DNA of 64,000 nucleotides from Phoronis australis (taxonomy: Eukaryota > Animalia > Phoronida): NCBI GenBank assembly GCA_002633005.1, contig NMRA01000051.1:685273-749272 (forward strand), in the 5' to 3' direction. Made by a program: the position numbers and the translations under genes. The notes under the pieces were generated by a model that was given only the letters and a program-made list of their open reading frames with translations, did not search any database and was not told where the DNA came from. Below, one piece after another: positions 25,593 through 39,641 of this stretch; positions within the stretch are counted from its first letter, which is position 1; the number at the start of each line of letters is the position of its first letter.

Positions 25593-28084
25593 CTGAAATA
25601 GAGAGGAGACAATAGTACTGCCTTTGTGGAACAGAGTGTTTTGAGTAGCCAAAACTCAGACCAATCAGAGATGATAGTACACCAAAAATTGTCCCCTTAT
25701 TCTGTGATATGGGCATTAATCAAAAAAAATTACAGCATGAGGGCAAAATAATGGTTGAGTGTTCGAGTACCAACTTTATTTTCCGGAGGGCCACAGTACA
25801 ATAATAGCGATCAAGTTCGCAGAACTTAAACATCCATCACTTCTCTGCCTAACCTCACTCGTCTTTTCAAGGCCCAAAATGTATTTAGCATTATAACTTT
25901 TACAATCTATCATCAGGTGAATTAAATTTGTCAATGTTGGAAATTGCCAAATTTTATACGATACCTATATCTTCCTGAAATCATGGAATGCATCGCAAAC
26001 AAGAACAAAATGAAATTCGTCTTCAACACACTCAGTTTCTCGTACAAAAATGGCAGGATTCATATATCATCATACTCAATCTTTAAATGTCTACCACTCT
26101 CAACTAGTAAAATATCGTTTATACAACAAAATCTCGAGGTAGTTTGGATGAAAACTCGTGGCAAACGAAAATTTTTGTATGATTCTGCAGCAAAGTTCCC
26201 CTTAATCTTTGAAAAGTAGTGTAATTTCATGCTATTCTGATAATGACCAAAGTCTTAGTTGTGGTGCAAAAATTTAATGTTTAAAAAATTAAGTTTGGTG
26301 TTGTATATATTCGATATCTTATATTTGATTTTATTCGCTGTACATTCGATGTTAGTATTTTTGTATTCTATAATAAAATAAATTTATGTGGGATCAAATT
26401 TACTTTATGTTCGATGTTTCCAAAGATAAATTCGATGTTTCCTTTTACATGTTCAATAACGGAATTTTAGGTATTATGAAACGACGGCCGTGATTGGTTC
26501 TCAAATTGATTAATGTGGCGGCTACTGAACCAAAGACGTTGCTTCCTTATTTTTGACATTTTAGTCAATTTCATCCATGCTTGTGAACACACAGGCGATT
26601 CAGAGGTGGTGAATGTGATATTATACGACAGATAAATGCCTACAGTGTATTTATACGTCGTTGAGTCCATTGACGCGCGGTTTTGTGAGGAACTGCCACT
26701 TTTCACTCTCCATAGGGGTTCTTTTTTGTCCGAGTCCACTCTCTATATGCTAATTTTCGAGCGCCGCCGCCCGTTCCAAAATATTCAAATATATGTATCC
26801 CCAGGGGACGTACCCTCTCTTGAAGCAAACTGAGGAGTGAAAGCGGCATGCAGGAAGACTTGCTTACAATGAGCAGGGGGGCATGGACCCCTTGGCAACG
26901 TTACAGCCCCCTTGCCTCCTCGTTAGGCTAGTGCCAACTCTATTTTATAAAAAACCACTACAGGCAGTGACTATAACGTCAAAGAGATAAATACACCCAA
27001 CTTTCCCGAGTCCCGAATGCCAGAATCAGAAAAATCCAATTTCCGATTAGCTTCGTTTCTCAAATTTAGAATTTTGCCATGTCAATAGGACTTTTCTTTA
27101 AACTTAAACGACGGAGTTAACCGGCGTATGTCATGTGGCCATACTTAAACAGGCTACACAAACCACGGCAAGAAATTTACTGAGATTTTGACTGTTCGTG
27201 TTATCATCTTTGTTCACTTAAAAAAAAAATAGTTGAACATATATTTATCGCAGGTCAATCAAAGCCGTCGTCTCAATTTACCCAGAGTTCCGTTATCGAG
27301 TATAACCGGGAACAACATCAAACAAAAACATGACATCGATCACAAATACAAAAATTACATATTACATATTATGTCATAAAACTTTTAAAAACATATACAA
27401 ATTAATCAATATTGAATACATATAATCTTATCCAAAAATAGCGAAAACATTAAAATTTTGCAACACTTAGCACATAGACAAGTTAATAGTGAAACTTTGA
27501 ATAAGATATGAAGGGCCAAATTTCTGTGCACTTATATTCACTTCTGCAGAGAAAAGGTTGATTGACCGACTGGGTTACAAATGGACCGATTTGGTCTGTC
27601 GATTTGTTTCTTTGTTTAAGTACCTCTCCGTTGTGCACCAACAAGACAGTCTAAGCAGGTGAACGGATCTAAACTACACTTTTTGCGACCACCGTGAACA
27701 CTCAAAGTTACATACAAGGTTGTAAATAACGAAATGCTCCAACATTAACATGTTTTAATTCACGTGGCTCGCTCTCAGCTCTATACTGTTCACTAAAAAT
27801 CAACGAAGTAATCGGGCACACCACATGCGCACGGGTTACAAAGCAAAAAAGTGAAATAATCAAGCTGTTTTTGCAACCTGAAAGAAACCTCTAGGGGGCA
27901 CTTATAGCTTGCTCACATGCATTTGATCGCTATGGATTTATTAATTATTTGTCGCTTTACTATTGCACACAAAAATGACATAATCTTTGTTATAACACGG
28001 TAAATTAAACGTTGTTGCGAACACTGATAATAAATCTACCGTTGTGACCTGGCGTAACGCGCCACAGTGACAAGCAATACCTAC

Positions 28085-28222
28085 CTCTCTATTAATGTCC
28101 CCAATGCACACCCATCTGTCCGAACACGTGCCCTCCTCAGTAATTGTCCACTTGGAATGATCTTGGCGTTTATATGAGTTGATTACCAACTCTCCAAACT
28201 TAATGCTTTTGACGTTTTCAAT
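28085..28222 (-). CDS. DNASE2: DNase II paralog B, exon 7 (second HxK motif)
   Basis: AG/GT bounded, 138 nt. Reads IENVKSIKFG...QDHSKWTIT...WVCIGDINRE. Confidence 0.93.
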
Positions 28223-28429
28223 CTGTAAGCAAGCGAAATGATTTTGGTTAAAAATCGCAATAGGCTCTATGCAATAACAGAAATCTTAGGACAGTTATCG
28301 ATGAAGTCATTAGTACGGCAAGAGATCACTAGCTACCGTTAATTATAATTCGAATTTCTATCTTTTTAACTTTTCCAATAGGGTTGTCCCAAGAGTAATA
28401 GCTTAGTTCATCTAAAGGACAATAAATAC

Positions 28430-28539
28430 CGTAAAGATTCCGTCTTCGCAGAAGGAGTCCATTGGACTTATGGATCCCTTCCAGGACTGCACGTGCATGT
28501 TACATTGAAACGTTGGAGCAACCAAATCTTTGTACAAGT
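28430..28539 (-). CDS. DNASE2: DNase II paralog B, exon 6
   Basis: AG/GT bounded, 110 nt. Reads (D)LYKDLVAPTFQCNMHVQSWKGSISPMDSFCEDGIFT. Confidence 0.9.
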
Positions 28540-29148
28540 CTGAAAGTCACGACAAAGTTCAGGCATCAGAAAACGGCAGTGAAAGGTAAATAAAATGAAA
28601 TGAAATGTAATGCAATGGAATATTCCTGTAAGACATGCCTCGATATAAATGTTACGATTAAAATTCAAGAAGCCGTCTGTAGACAGAATGATTCTGCATC
28701 GTCGGAGAAGTCTCACTTCTGTTATGCTACAAATAAATGCTGTCCGACTCCTAATTGGGGCCAGGTGACACTGCACATCGTGTGGGTTGGTTTATTTCAT
28801 GTCATGAAGTAAACCACCTGTGCGACCTTTATAATCATATGTAAATTCTTAAAATGATTCCCCTTCTTGTAAAGACTGTTAATATTGGAAAAGAAGTCAC
28901 TGTATATAGTCATGCCTGAGGTTGATCATTGAGTGAAGAAATTAAATCTTGATTAATATGAAAACAATTTCTAGAAGTGGTTACCCAGTTATCAATGTGC
29001 ATACACTATGCATAGTTGAAGTCTCAGATTTTAAAGAAAACATTTGTACGCCTACGACGCAATTTGAAACATTTCATAATGTCCATGCTATTTTAGCCTA
29101 ACGAAGTGTCTAAACAGGCTTTTCATATTGCATAATTTTACACCATAC

Positions 29149-29364
29149 CCAACCCGTTTTCCGTTTTTCCAGACTTTGCAAAGCTGGTAAAGGTTACGCC
29201 ACCAAGTGACGTCATTTCTGCTACGTGACTGTCGACGTCCATGAAGAAATGTTTATGCGGGTCTTCCATCAAGTCGTTCATGTGACCATTCTCTGCATCT
29301 TCTGCAAACGCCTTGGGATATTGATAGGCATATATCTTCGGGTGATTCTGCTTGAGTTGTCGTC
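29149..29364 (-). CDS. DNASE2: DNase II paralog B, exon 5
   Basis: AG/GT bounded, 216 nt. Reads (G)RQLKQNHPKIYAY...MTSLGGVTFTSFAKSGKTENGL. Confidence 0.9.
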
Positions 29365-29698
29365 CTGAATAAATAAACATACACACATGAGGCGAGAACC
29401 AATCGTAGTCTAAGATACTTGTGACGATGTCTTCTAAGAAACATGAAAAATTGGGTATGAATGCGACTAGGACTCTGTTTGATATCTCTTCTTGTATCAA
29501 GCTTCGAACGTTTTACAGTAATTAGGTTGTAGTCGCTTACGTTTGTTGTCCAGTTCAGATGAATTCCTTCTCCATTTTACAACACGCGATCATGGCCTTC
29601 TGACTGATCTCTGAAGTGGAGCTCAAAGTTAAATATGAACAAATGTTATGTTACCGACTGTTGCAGAAACTCGAGATCTGTATCCATTGTTGAGAAAC

Positions 29699-30958
29699 CG
29701 AATATATGATAGTTATTTTGTCCAATCGAATATATAATAGTTATCTTGTCCAATCGAATATATGATAGTTATCTTGTCCAATCGAATATATTATAGTTAT
29801 CTTGTCCAATCGAATATATTTTAGTTATCTTGTCCAATCGAATATATGATAGTTATCTTGTCCAATCGAATATATGATAGTTATCTTGTCCAATCGAATA
29901 TATGATAGTTATCTGGTCCAATCGAATATATGATAGTTATCTTGTCCAATCGAATATATGATAGTTATCTTGTCCAATCGAATATATGATAGTTATCTTG
30001 TCCAATCGAATATATGATAGTTATCTTGTCCAATCGAATATATGATAGTTATCTTGTCCAATCGAATATATGATAGTTATCTTGTCCAATCGAATATATG
30101 ATAGTTATCTTGTCCAATCGAATATATGATAGTTATCTTGTCCAATCGAATATATGATAGTTATCTTGTCCAATCGAATATATGATAGTTATCTTGTCCA
30201 ATCGAATATATGATAGTTATCTTGTCCAATCGAATATATGATAGTTATCTTGTCCAATCGAATATATGATAGTTATCTTGTCCAATCGAATATATGATAG
30301 TTATCTTGTCCAATCGAATATATGATAGTTATCTTGTCCAATCGAATATATGATAGTTATCTTGTCCAATCGAATATATGATAGTTATCTTGTCCAATCG
30401 AATATATGATAGTTATCTTGTCCAATCGAATATATGATAGTTATCTTGTCCAATCGAATATATGATAGTTATCTTGTCCAATCGAATATATGATAGTTAT
30501 CTTGTCCAATCGAATATATGATAGTTATCTTGTCCAATCGAATATATGATAGTTATCTTGTCCAATCGAATATATGATAGTTATCTTGTCCAATCGAATA
30601 TATGATAGTTATCTTGTCCAATCGAATATATGATAGTTATCTTGTCCAATCGAATATATGATAGTTATCTTGTCCAATCGAATATATGATAGTTATCTTG
30701 TCCAATCGAATATATGATAGTTATCTTGTCCAATCGAATATATGATAGTTATCTTGTAAAATCGAATATATGACAGTTATCTTGTCCAATCGAATATCTG
30801 ATAGTTATCTTGTCCAATCGAATACATAATAGTTATCGTGTCCAATCGAATATATTATAGTTATCTTGTCCAATCGAAAATATTATAGTTATCTTGTCCA
30901 ATCGAATATATGATAGTTATCTTGTCCAATCGAATATATTATAGTTATTTTGTTCAAT
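29699..30958. repeat. 28-bp minisatellite, ~45 units, in paralog B intron 4
   Basis: Unit cgaatatatgatagttatcttgtccaat, period 28 (five units per 140 bp). Homogeneous core with variant units at the edges. Confidence 0.97.
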
Positions 30959-32813
30959 CCCACATTTAATGACATGGACTTACCACTCTAGAGCTCAAGA
31001 GAAGATTTCCAACTCTGAGTAGAACGATTTATAAACTTTAAAGGCAGCTGAAGATATTTTTTGATTTAGAGGGTTTTGGGACCATCCGAAGCCCAAGAAG
31101 GGGGATCGGGTGAGAGGGAAGGACTCCCTTCTGATAACTTAAGCGATTTTTCAGTATTGTCTGGTGACAACATTCACTCGGTAGTCATGGCGCAGTAGAG
31201 CGAACGGTATGGGGCAAAACTGAAAACGATGAAAATGATGTGAAGGTTTCGGTGGACGACTTTGGTCCCTAAACAAATCAAAAAATGGATAATGCTCATA
31301 CAGCGAGGGCTGTGTGTACAGCACAATGCTACTCAGACCAATCCTTAAAATACACCATATCAGAGTGTAGCATTTAACTAGAAAACATATAAGTTTCACG
31401 TTTCAACAGGCTTGGACATGAGTAATGATATCGTCTTTTGAATATGAGTATCTTCTGCTGAATCCGTACGCATGTAATCAAATGAAGGCCACACTTTTGA
31501 CTTTTATTGTTGTAACTTTTATTAAGCGTTTACGAATTTAAAAAGTCGTTTTGTCACAGCTTGCTTTATGGTTACCAATAACTTAGTTTGAATTTGGAAA
31601 CTTAAATAAGGTGGTACGACAGAACGTGTGCCTCCACATAGGGGACTAATTTTGTTTCTTTGAAAATTATGTTTTTGGACTGAGGAATGAATATTAGACA
31701 TGCCTACACAGTATCAAATACCATTCCCTAATATAGACAGAGTAGTCATGTTACAAAAAGAGGTAATTTTTAAGCTTAAATGTTTGCATGTTTCAAGTAA
31801 ACACGACAAGGGTATAAAAATAGATATTTCTTCATAGTCTACCATTGTTATTGCCCGGGTTACGTTTCCTCGGATGGGCGATGTCAGTATTCTCATACTG
31901 CCATTATGGCGTTTTTTCCATGCCTATTATGCAGAGTCTCGTTTAGTTCTTTCTATTTACCTCATAATAAATGACAATATTCGCAATCCTCATCAAAGTT
32001 TTGTTTTACTTTGCAACATAGCTCGTGGCGCACACCGGGCAACATTAAATTTAACTTGTTAAATACCTTTATCGTCATTATTTTGACATTTGTCACTATT
32101 TTGATATCAACCCTTAGGGTTTATTTTTCATTACTCATCTCTATTCATAGCCTCAAGGGTTTACTTTTGTATTCATACATTGTCTACGCGATACCTGATT
32201 GGTTACCCATATTTCCTTTGTTCAGTTCAACTTGGTCTAATTAATATAGGCGGCCTCGCTTTAGAGGCCCAAAATTAAATTTTCTGCTTATGTCATTTTA
32301 ATAAGAATAAGTCATTTTAAATAATAAGCTGTTTCTAGCTCATTCAGCCACCTACCTCGCCGTCTACAAGACCTACGTTCGTTCTCTGCATTTTTCCCAC
32401 CCCCATCCCAGATGTCTGTTCACCTTTTTTCTTTTTCTAATATGCATCACCTGTTATGTATTTTCAATTTTAGTGTTTATGTTCTGTACTTTTTCTTTAG
32501 GGAGTTCTTGTGTTTTGGTTCCATCTTTCAGGGTTATACAGCACATCAATTTCTTGTCTGCTCAAACGACTTTGATGGAGTGCAAATTGTTAAATGCAGA
32601 ATTCAGGAATCCATTTGCAATTGCAGACAAGCGTCATTTATGAACGGAAATGAGAGCCACATCAATAAAAATCACTGTGCCCAATCGTTCACACACCATT
32701 TATGAAGGTAGATGCCGAAACTTTGTGAAGAAATTTATGATATTCAGGTGGGAAATTGTAATTTTTACAATTTAATTAAGATTATATTTCAAAACGGAGG
32801 AAAGTATGCTCAC

Positions 32814-32969
32814 CAAGTGTATCCAATACGTTGTAAGCCATGCTTATGCAGAGAAACGTCTGTGCCTTGAGCAAACCCGAGTGTGGGTAACAGTAGTTAT
32901 CACTGGCTGGGAAGTTTGGTAATGAATGAATCATCCAAAATCCTGTCTTCTTATCGAATGCAGAAAAAC
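32814..32969 (-). CDS. DNASE2: DNase II paralog B, exon 4
   Basis: AG/GT bounded, 156 nt. Reads GFSAFDKKTGFWMIHSLPNFPASDNYCYPHSGLLKAQTFLCISMAYNVLDTL. Confidence 0.92.
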
Positions 32970-33067
32970 CTACATGATGAAAGGCCAGTGTTCATCACTT
33001 TTGGATAATTGTACGCGTTCACTTTAATTAGAGATTTGTCATCTCTTGTGAAAGTGGGTCGTTAAAT

Positions 33068-33730
33068 TATCCCACGCACGTTGAATCTGTCGAGGGAAGT
33101 ACGGCCATGAAATAAAGTTTTCCGTATTCACCTCCCGGTCCCGCACTACTTTAACAGCGACCTCTGACATCAAAAATTCAAAGGTAGGTCAATGTCGACT
33201 CGACGTCTTCAGTCGGTTCGATCATCAAACTTTCCGAATATAGTTTAAAGTAACACAGTTGCAACAGTGTAACTAACGCTCGACATGCCACCAGTCCCTA
33301 AACGTAAAATATGGAACAAAACTGGTAATTATAAGACACTTATGTCTCAGTTTTCAATTGCTGAATAGTATATCGTCTGCAACTCAGGCGCCGATTCCTA
33401 GGAAATTAAAACATCAAGTATTGTTGTTTTTTAACTATTTCCAGGAGATGTTACAAGTTCACTGCTCAGTTGCCGTTGTTTTCATCTTTGCTATCTCTTT
33501 TCAAGAACTAAATCGTTACTATTAAAGCTGTTTCTTTTTCAAGAGAAAATTTGCAACCTAACGCGCAACTACATACATATAGGATGTGATCCGCCATGTG
33601 AACAGCCTGGATGAAATATTTGAAAAATCTGCCGAAAAAAATGCAAGAAACTTAGGGATTCGAAGCGCATGGAATAAATACCTTATTCCGCGTACCGACC
33701 GAGACCGAAGGTCGAGGTCGATACGCACTT
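33068..33730 (+). repeat. Copy of the 13753-14440 repeat inserted in paralog B intron 3
   Basis: High identity to 13753-14380. Confidence 0.8.
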
Positions 33731-34216
33731 TAATCTTGGTGAGATCTAGATGTCCGAGACTTTCTACTAACCATGATTTGACCAACATGCGGGGTACAAG
33801 AAGAGTAGAATTTCTTATTTATATCACCAACGCCTTGATTGTTATTCAGGTACACTTTATACGCCTTCTTATCCTTTCAGTTTTTGAGATATCTTTGTAT
33901 GTACGGCTTTGCCAAATACATGTGCGTGTATAGAGCCACGCGACTTTATGTGAAGGTGCGCCTATATCGAAGTAGACGTACATGTATATGCCTACAAGAC
34001 ATGCGAAACACAGGAATGAAACCAATAAACGAGCACATTTTAACTTAGACAGGAAGAAAACGGGAAAAGGCTTACACAAAATTTAAAACATATATAAGGG
34101 GTGGTTCTATGCTTATAAGTAAAGCTTCGGCGCATAGACAGCACTGTTGTACGTTGGATATTGACATCAGGTTTGCAATACCCTTAGCCACTACAACCGT
34201 TTCGTGATAGACGTAC

Positions 34217-34319
34217 CTTTAGAATGTGCCCATGACGACGACGCTATTGTTTTGTCGCTGGAGTCGCAACTTGTTGGTGCCTTAGGGTACCCATCATTGT
34301 ATAAGAAATACATCGAGTC
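34217..34319 (-). CDS. DNASE2: DNase II paralog B, exon 3 (first HxK motif)
   Basis: AG/GT bounded, 103 nt. Reads DSMYFLYNDGYPKAPTSCDSSDKTIASSSWAHSK(G). Confidence 0.9.
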
Positions 34320-35901
34320 CTGTACATGATTTAAATAAAGGTCTTAGATAAACGTCAATATATATATATATATATATATGTATAATTACGTGTATGAAAA
34401 ATTTTGAAAAAATGTCCAAACCTGGCTCATTTCGGAGCACCAAATCTCTGAAATTGCTGATCAAATTCCTATGAAAGTTTCAGAGACTATTCTTCATGCA
34501 CGATTCTCCAAAACAGCTTAAGAAATTGTTTTTAAAATTTTCCTCTTTTGCACGAGGATCTAACAAACATACATTTAAGAGTTTTAGGGTTTCCATGGCA
34601 ATACTCTAATATCGGGCGATGACATTGAAAGGATATTTTAAAAACTATCAGCTTTTTTGATACATGTATGTAACCCTGAACATTTATAACCAATGAAATT
34701 TGTTCATTTGAGTGATTCTGTTGTTCTGCTGTCAGTGTTAAATTTCTTTTTGCTAAATGTTACTAAAACACATGGTTACGTGACTCAATTAATGGCAGAT
34801 TGGTGAAAAAGCAGACTTTCTACTTTCAGACAATATTTGTTTTTTTCGAGTTAAATATGTAGTTTTGTAAATATTTGGCTGAATGCGCAGACCTGTCAGT
34901 AACGTCGTACATAACCTTAATGTTTGCTTACAGTTTGGGCGAGAAGAAGGCTAAGTCTAGGTGCGGCAGAATGCTGACAATGAGTTCGTTTTGGCGCGGA
35001 AGTCATGGTCGTTTATTAGTGGGACATTATCGGATCTGCGGCCCCAAAAGGCATTTTTGTGTTTGTTATTGGATGTGATAGAACTGGTGAAGTTTTTAGC
35101 TTTGGCCAGGGGCCCGTTTCGAAAAAAATTAAAATGAAATGACTTAGCGAAGACAAATCTTATATTTAAGCCTATCTAAAAATAAAAGTTCAAATTTGGC
35201 ATAAGTCCATTCCCAGTTTTTTACTTAAGTTTTGTTCTAAGTTCGATTAATTTACCGAATGTGGAAGTTTCAAAGTTTGGAAGTTGAGACAAATCTTAGA
35301 TTAAGTCAGTTTCTTGGAATGGGTTAGAATACAACAGAATCCGTTGTGTTTTTATAATTCTGTTACAGATCGACAATTATCGTCTTTCTCGCAAGGGCGG
35401 TCGGTGTCGTTACCATTTAAATACATTTAAAATACTCAGCGTGGAATTTGGCTCAGTTGCAGAGCGTTCGGCTGCGCGCTACTGCGGAGGTAATGAGATA
35501 GATTATGTGCAATTGCCAAGAAATTCACGAACGTTGGCTATGAACGTTAAGTATCGATTAAGGAGCCATTCGTGATACGTAAAACAACCTGTCATTGGTT
35601 GTAATTACCACGGTCTTTGTGTACGGTCGTGAAAAGTGTCATCAAGCCCGAGAGTTAAGAACGTAATTTACAGTTTCTCTTCTAGAGCCAACCCCGAGTA
35701 ACTCAAGTGGCATCCCAATCCGCCGGTTTTCAATAGCTACATGGATTCCCGGGGTGATTCTGGCTGGTGTTTACTTGTGTGGAAGATTCTCCGTGGGTTT
35801 ATCTTTACAATCCTGAGACATAATTTTGGACCTGAGTGTGTGGTACCACAATAAGTCAGGCTAAAGTGTCATAGTTGCGAATGATACGAATATTTTCTCA
35901 C

Positions 35902-36055
35902 CTCGGACCCTTGACTATTATATATCTGCCCCAGTGTATGCGCAACAGCGTGTCCTTCCGAGCTTGTCATCTCATGTTTGGACAACCGCCAGGTGGGGTT
36001 CCTAACATCCATATAGTAATATCTGGAGCTTTTTGGCAGCTTGTAAGCAATGAAC
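35902..36055 (-). CDS. DNASE2: DNase II paralog B, exon 2
   Basis: AG/GT bounded, 154 nt. Reads (W)FIAYKLPKSSRYYYMDVRNPTWRLS...HTLGQIYNSQGSE. Confidence 0.9.
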
Positions 36056-37023
36056 CTGTGAGAAGAGAAGTGATGGGCTCATATTATTCATAAATGATGT
36101 TGTTTTTATCATCACAGCTGTTTTGGAGTGTAGACTTAGTATGTATACTGTACGTACTTTACCACCTTTGTGTTGGGTCAATCACTTGGTTGGTTTTCCA
36201 GGCTTGAGCCTCTTTGCCGAGATCACGTGTTGGAAGTAGATTATTGATATTTTTCTACCAATTAAAATACTTAAGTCATAGTTTTGTTCTTGTCTCTAAA
36301 TAAATAGCATTGTGATGTTGTGTATAAGAGAGCAATAAAGATATGAATAACATAACAATAATAATGTACATACCTGGCCATAAAATGTGTTTAAGCATAG
36401 GTTGACCTTCACAAATTTGATATTTTGGAGTTTTCCTCAGCGTATTTGGTTTTATATTTGATTAAAACGTTGATTGAACAGCTCATTTCTTCTATTTTTC
36501 CCGAGAGCTTCATACCCTCGTTACCCCGCCGTGGGCTGTTCACCCCTGCCTCTGTTGAACGCTTGTCTGCTTGTAGAAATCTATTGTTTTCAACAGTTGT
36601 AAGAGGAACTACTTTAGCAAGCTATTGGCCGGTGGTTTGTGATCAAGGGGTGACTCGTGTTCCGGTCTCTATTTTAAACGGGTTCTAAAAGGAAAATGGT
36701 ACATGCGGCAAAATTGGTCGCAGGAAGGGAACAATTCGAGGGAAGTCGCCGAAAGTTAGTGAAGGGCGCCAAAATTTGGGCGATTACACCTGTGGGAGTC
36801 CGCCCACCTCACTCCTTGGTGAGCCAGTGGGGTCGAAGGTGTTTTTGACATTAGGAATGAACACAAGTTTATCACACAATCCACAGGAAAGTTCCAAGTT
36901 CTCCTTACTTCCCGTGATCCTCAACGCCACAAGCGGCTCCCTCCATTCGGAAATCAGCATGATATGAATTTATCATAAACATTGAACAACCGCTTGTGTC
37001 CACTCATTATCCAAGGAGTCCAG

Positions 37024-37422
37024 GGCCCGGTCTCTAATCTTTGTACTCAAAACGAAGTCGAAACTGTTTTTGGCAATTTCTCTGCTCTTTTTGTGCGAAC
37101 TTAAGATAATTGGTTATCAGAATGTGCTCGAATACATTATAGTTTATGCATGGGAGTTTCTAGTTCAAGTTTGCCCTTGAAGACCCTTATATTCGTGCTA
37201 CAAACTCGAGTAAAAACTCGAAATTTCGAGTTCAAACTCGAACTTATTGCTATAAATTAGGTTTACAAACCGTGAACTAAGGCAATAAATTATCTACGTA
37301 AGTTATTGTGTACTCGAGCATAGAATCATAGACACACATCTTGAGTTCGTCCAAAAGTACAGTAGAAAATGCCAAACCTAATTTCTAGTTCCATTTCGAG
37401 TAAAAAGATTGGAGACCGGGCC
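37024..37422 (-). mobile_element. ~400-bp MITE (inverted copy of 19986-20381)
   Basis: Same TIRs. Internal sequence is the reverse complement of the 19986 copy. Confidence 0.8.
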
Positions 37423-39641
37423 CTGACAACTCGTTTCCATGCCATTTGTGTTGCTTTTCAGCATAAGACCAACCCAAGACTAACCAGGTGAAAATAATTA
37501 AGCAGGGGCTGAGATATTCCTCACCAGTAAAGCATTTGAAGTCAATTTAATTTTGACTTGCGTAAACCAAGTTATAGTTAACCTATTTTTATGTTTCCAA
37601 AACCGATTTTGGTTACTTTTTATGATTGCATACCTGTGAATCATCAGTTCTTGACAATATGTAGCTTTTAAAAAGTTTTATACTTTCTTAGACAAAATTG
37701 TTTATTACATTTCATGAGCCTGCTTGCAACGCTCGATTGCCTTCGTAAGCACAGTTTGAATGATTATGGCTGATCGAAATTTTAAAAGTCCAGGCGCCTC
37801 CTGAACCATATGGCTGTAGAATTGGCTGATTTTTGTATCGCAAATCAAGCATGTGAAATATATTGGCACACAGACAATATAATGAAACAGCCATTTAAAA
37901 AGTTATTACGACAACTGTACACCATTCAAAAAGTTAACTCGATACTAGCCAGCCAGCTAGCTGTATGAAGACTATCGAAAATTTAGTATACATGCACAGC
38001 TTTGCACCAAGGCTAACTCCACACATACATGCTTTAGTGAGTGACACTATCGGCGAGAAAACACGAGCGACAAGGCGTTATCGAACTCAACCTCGGCGCC
38101 GGATTTCGTAAATGGCACAGTAATTTAAGAGGGGTTAACAGGTAGAATCACCGGCCTTGATTTCAGCGAATAACTTAACAACAAAATGTGAAAATGTCGA
38201 TTTATAATACAATCACATAAACATCAGCGGGATCAGTTATTTCATAGATCTGGCTAAAGTTAATGACATCGAGAGGTCTGACTGACTATCCTGCTGTAAT
38301 CTCAAAAATGAGTTTTTCGGTCCGAGCATGTCCGCTTACGTGATTGAACAACTACAGGCAATCAGATGTACGGAACTAGTAACCTTTCGTAGACGTAAAA
38401 GTTTTAATGTACATGAATATAAAGCATTTAATATTTAATTTATTAGCGGAATTGAAATTAAATAAGAGTCTTCGAATTGAACTGCAGTTTTAATTCGAGT
38501 AAACGTAAATGAAATATAAAAGTCTTCTGTAAAGTTCAGTTTACAAAAAAGAATCCATTCGAAATGTGTTTAACTCTTTATGGACACTTGCATGAGAAAA
38601 CAAACCCTCTGAATAGGAATATCGCACGACTCGTTGATACAATTTACAGAGCTGTGCTTTTATCCTGGTTTTTGGGACTTCACATCTTTCAGCGCATGGT
38701 AGCAGAAAAATAAAAAGTTGTTAACACAAGCCTGAAATTGTTTTAGCGTTGATTTTTTAAAGTCCAGCTGTAATCACTTTTCTCAAAAATGGACACTTTG
38801 ACATCCTTGTAAATCAGCCAATGGGTACTACAAATTGTGCGCTTTGATGGTTCGATTAATTCGTGGAGCAGGTTACAGTGAAAATTTTGAACGATGATTC
38901 CCATCCGTATTCGATTTCCCTGATTGATAAGCACAAATCGTATTGTTAAAAAGGAATATCTACAATATTATAACTTCAAGTCGTACTTCAGAGCCACAGG
39001 ACGAAGAGCCAACTACACGGAAGAAGCGGCGTTCTCTGCCGGGTTTTCAATCCAATGGAATCCACAGTCTACCCTTGTACTTGTTAAACATACGGCTCAA
39101 TATATGTATATGTTAAACTAAAAAGGTTTCATGTCTCTTTATCTAAAAACAGTCGAATTTCGTTTGGAACATATTACACCCAAACGTCGAAGAGGACAAC
39201 CCATCTCTCTTCTACACGCTATTACGAAACAAAATAAATGAATGAATGTCCAAACCTTGTTCAGGTACATGTGCATATATGTGCTACAACTGTTGATTTA
39301 TTGTCTATGCAGTGTAGGAAATGGAAATACGGTTTAAGTTTAACAAAACTTGAATAAATGCACAAGTTCTGAAAATGTCCTAAGGCAGTTATTTTGTGTG
39401 AATTTTAATGAAAGTTCCATTTATAATTTACCACCAGGGTTTTAACTAGCATTCTGTTCATTAACAATCCTGTATGTATTATTAGACAAGTTGTTGTATT
39501 ACCATAGACACACAGACTCCCGTGTCCTTGGCAATAACAGCATTACCACTATCAAAATTTATTTAAACCAATGCGTTTATTAGAGCCTTCTAACTTTCAG
39601 GTCGCGATCAATTTTCTGTCTCATAATTTGAAATATTTACA

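Noticed and set aside
27860-27877. Possible alternative terminal exon (tttctttcag|VAKTA*) in paralog B intron 7
   Set aside because: Only a good-looking acceptor. It would delete the conserved RGGG motif and has no other support.
29699-30958. CRISPR-like array of 28-bp repeats
   Set aside because: Units are head-to-tail with no unique spacers, there are no cas genes, and the context is a eukaryotic intron.
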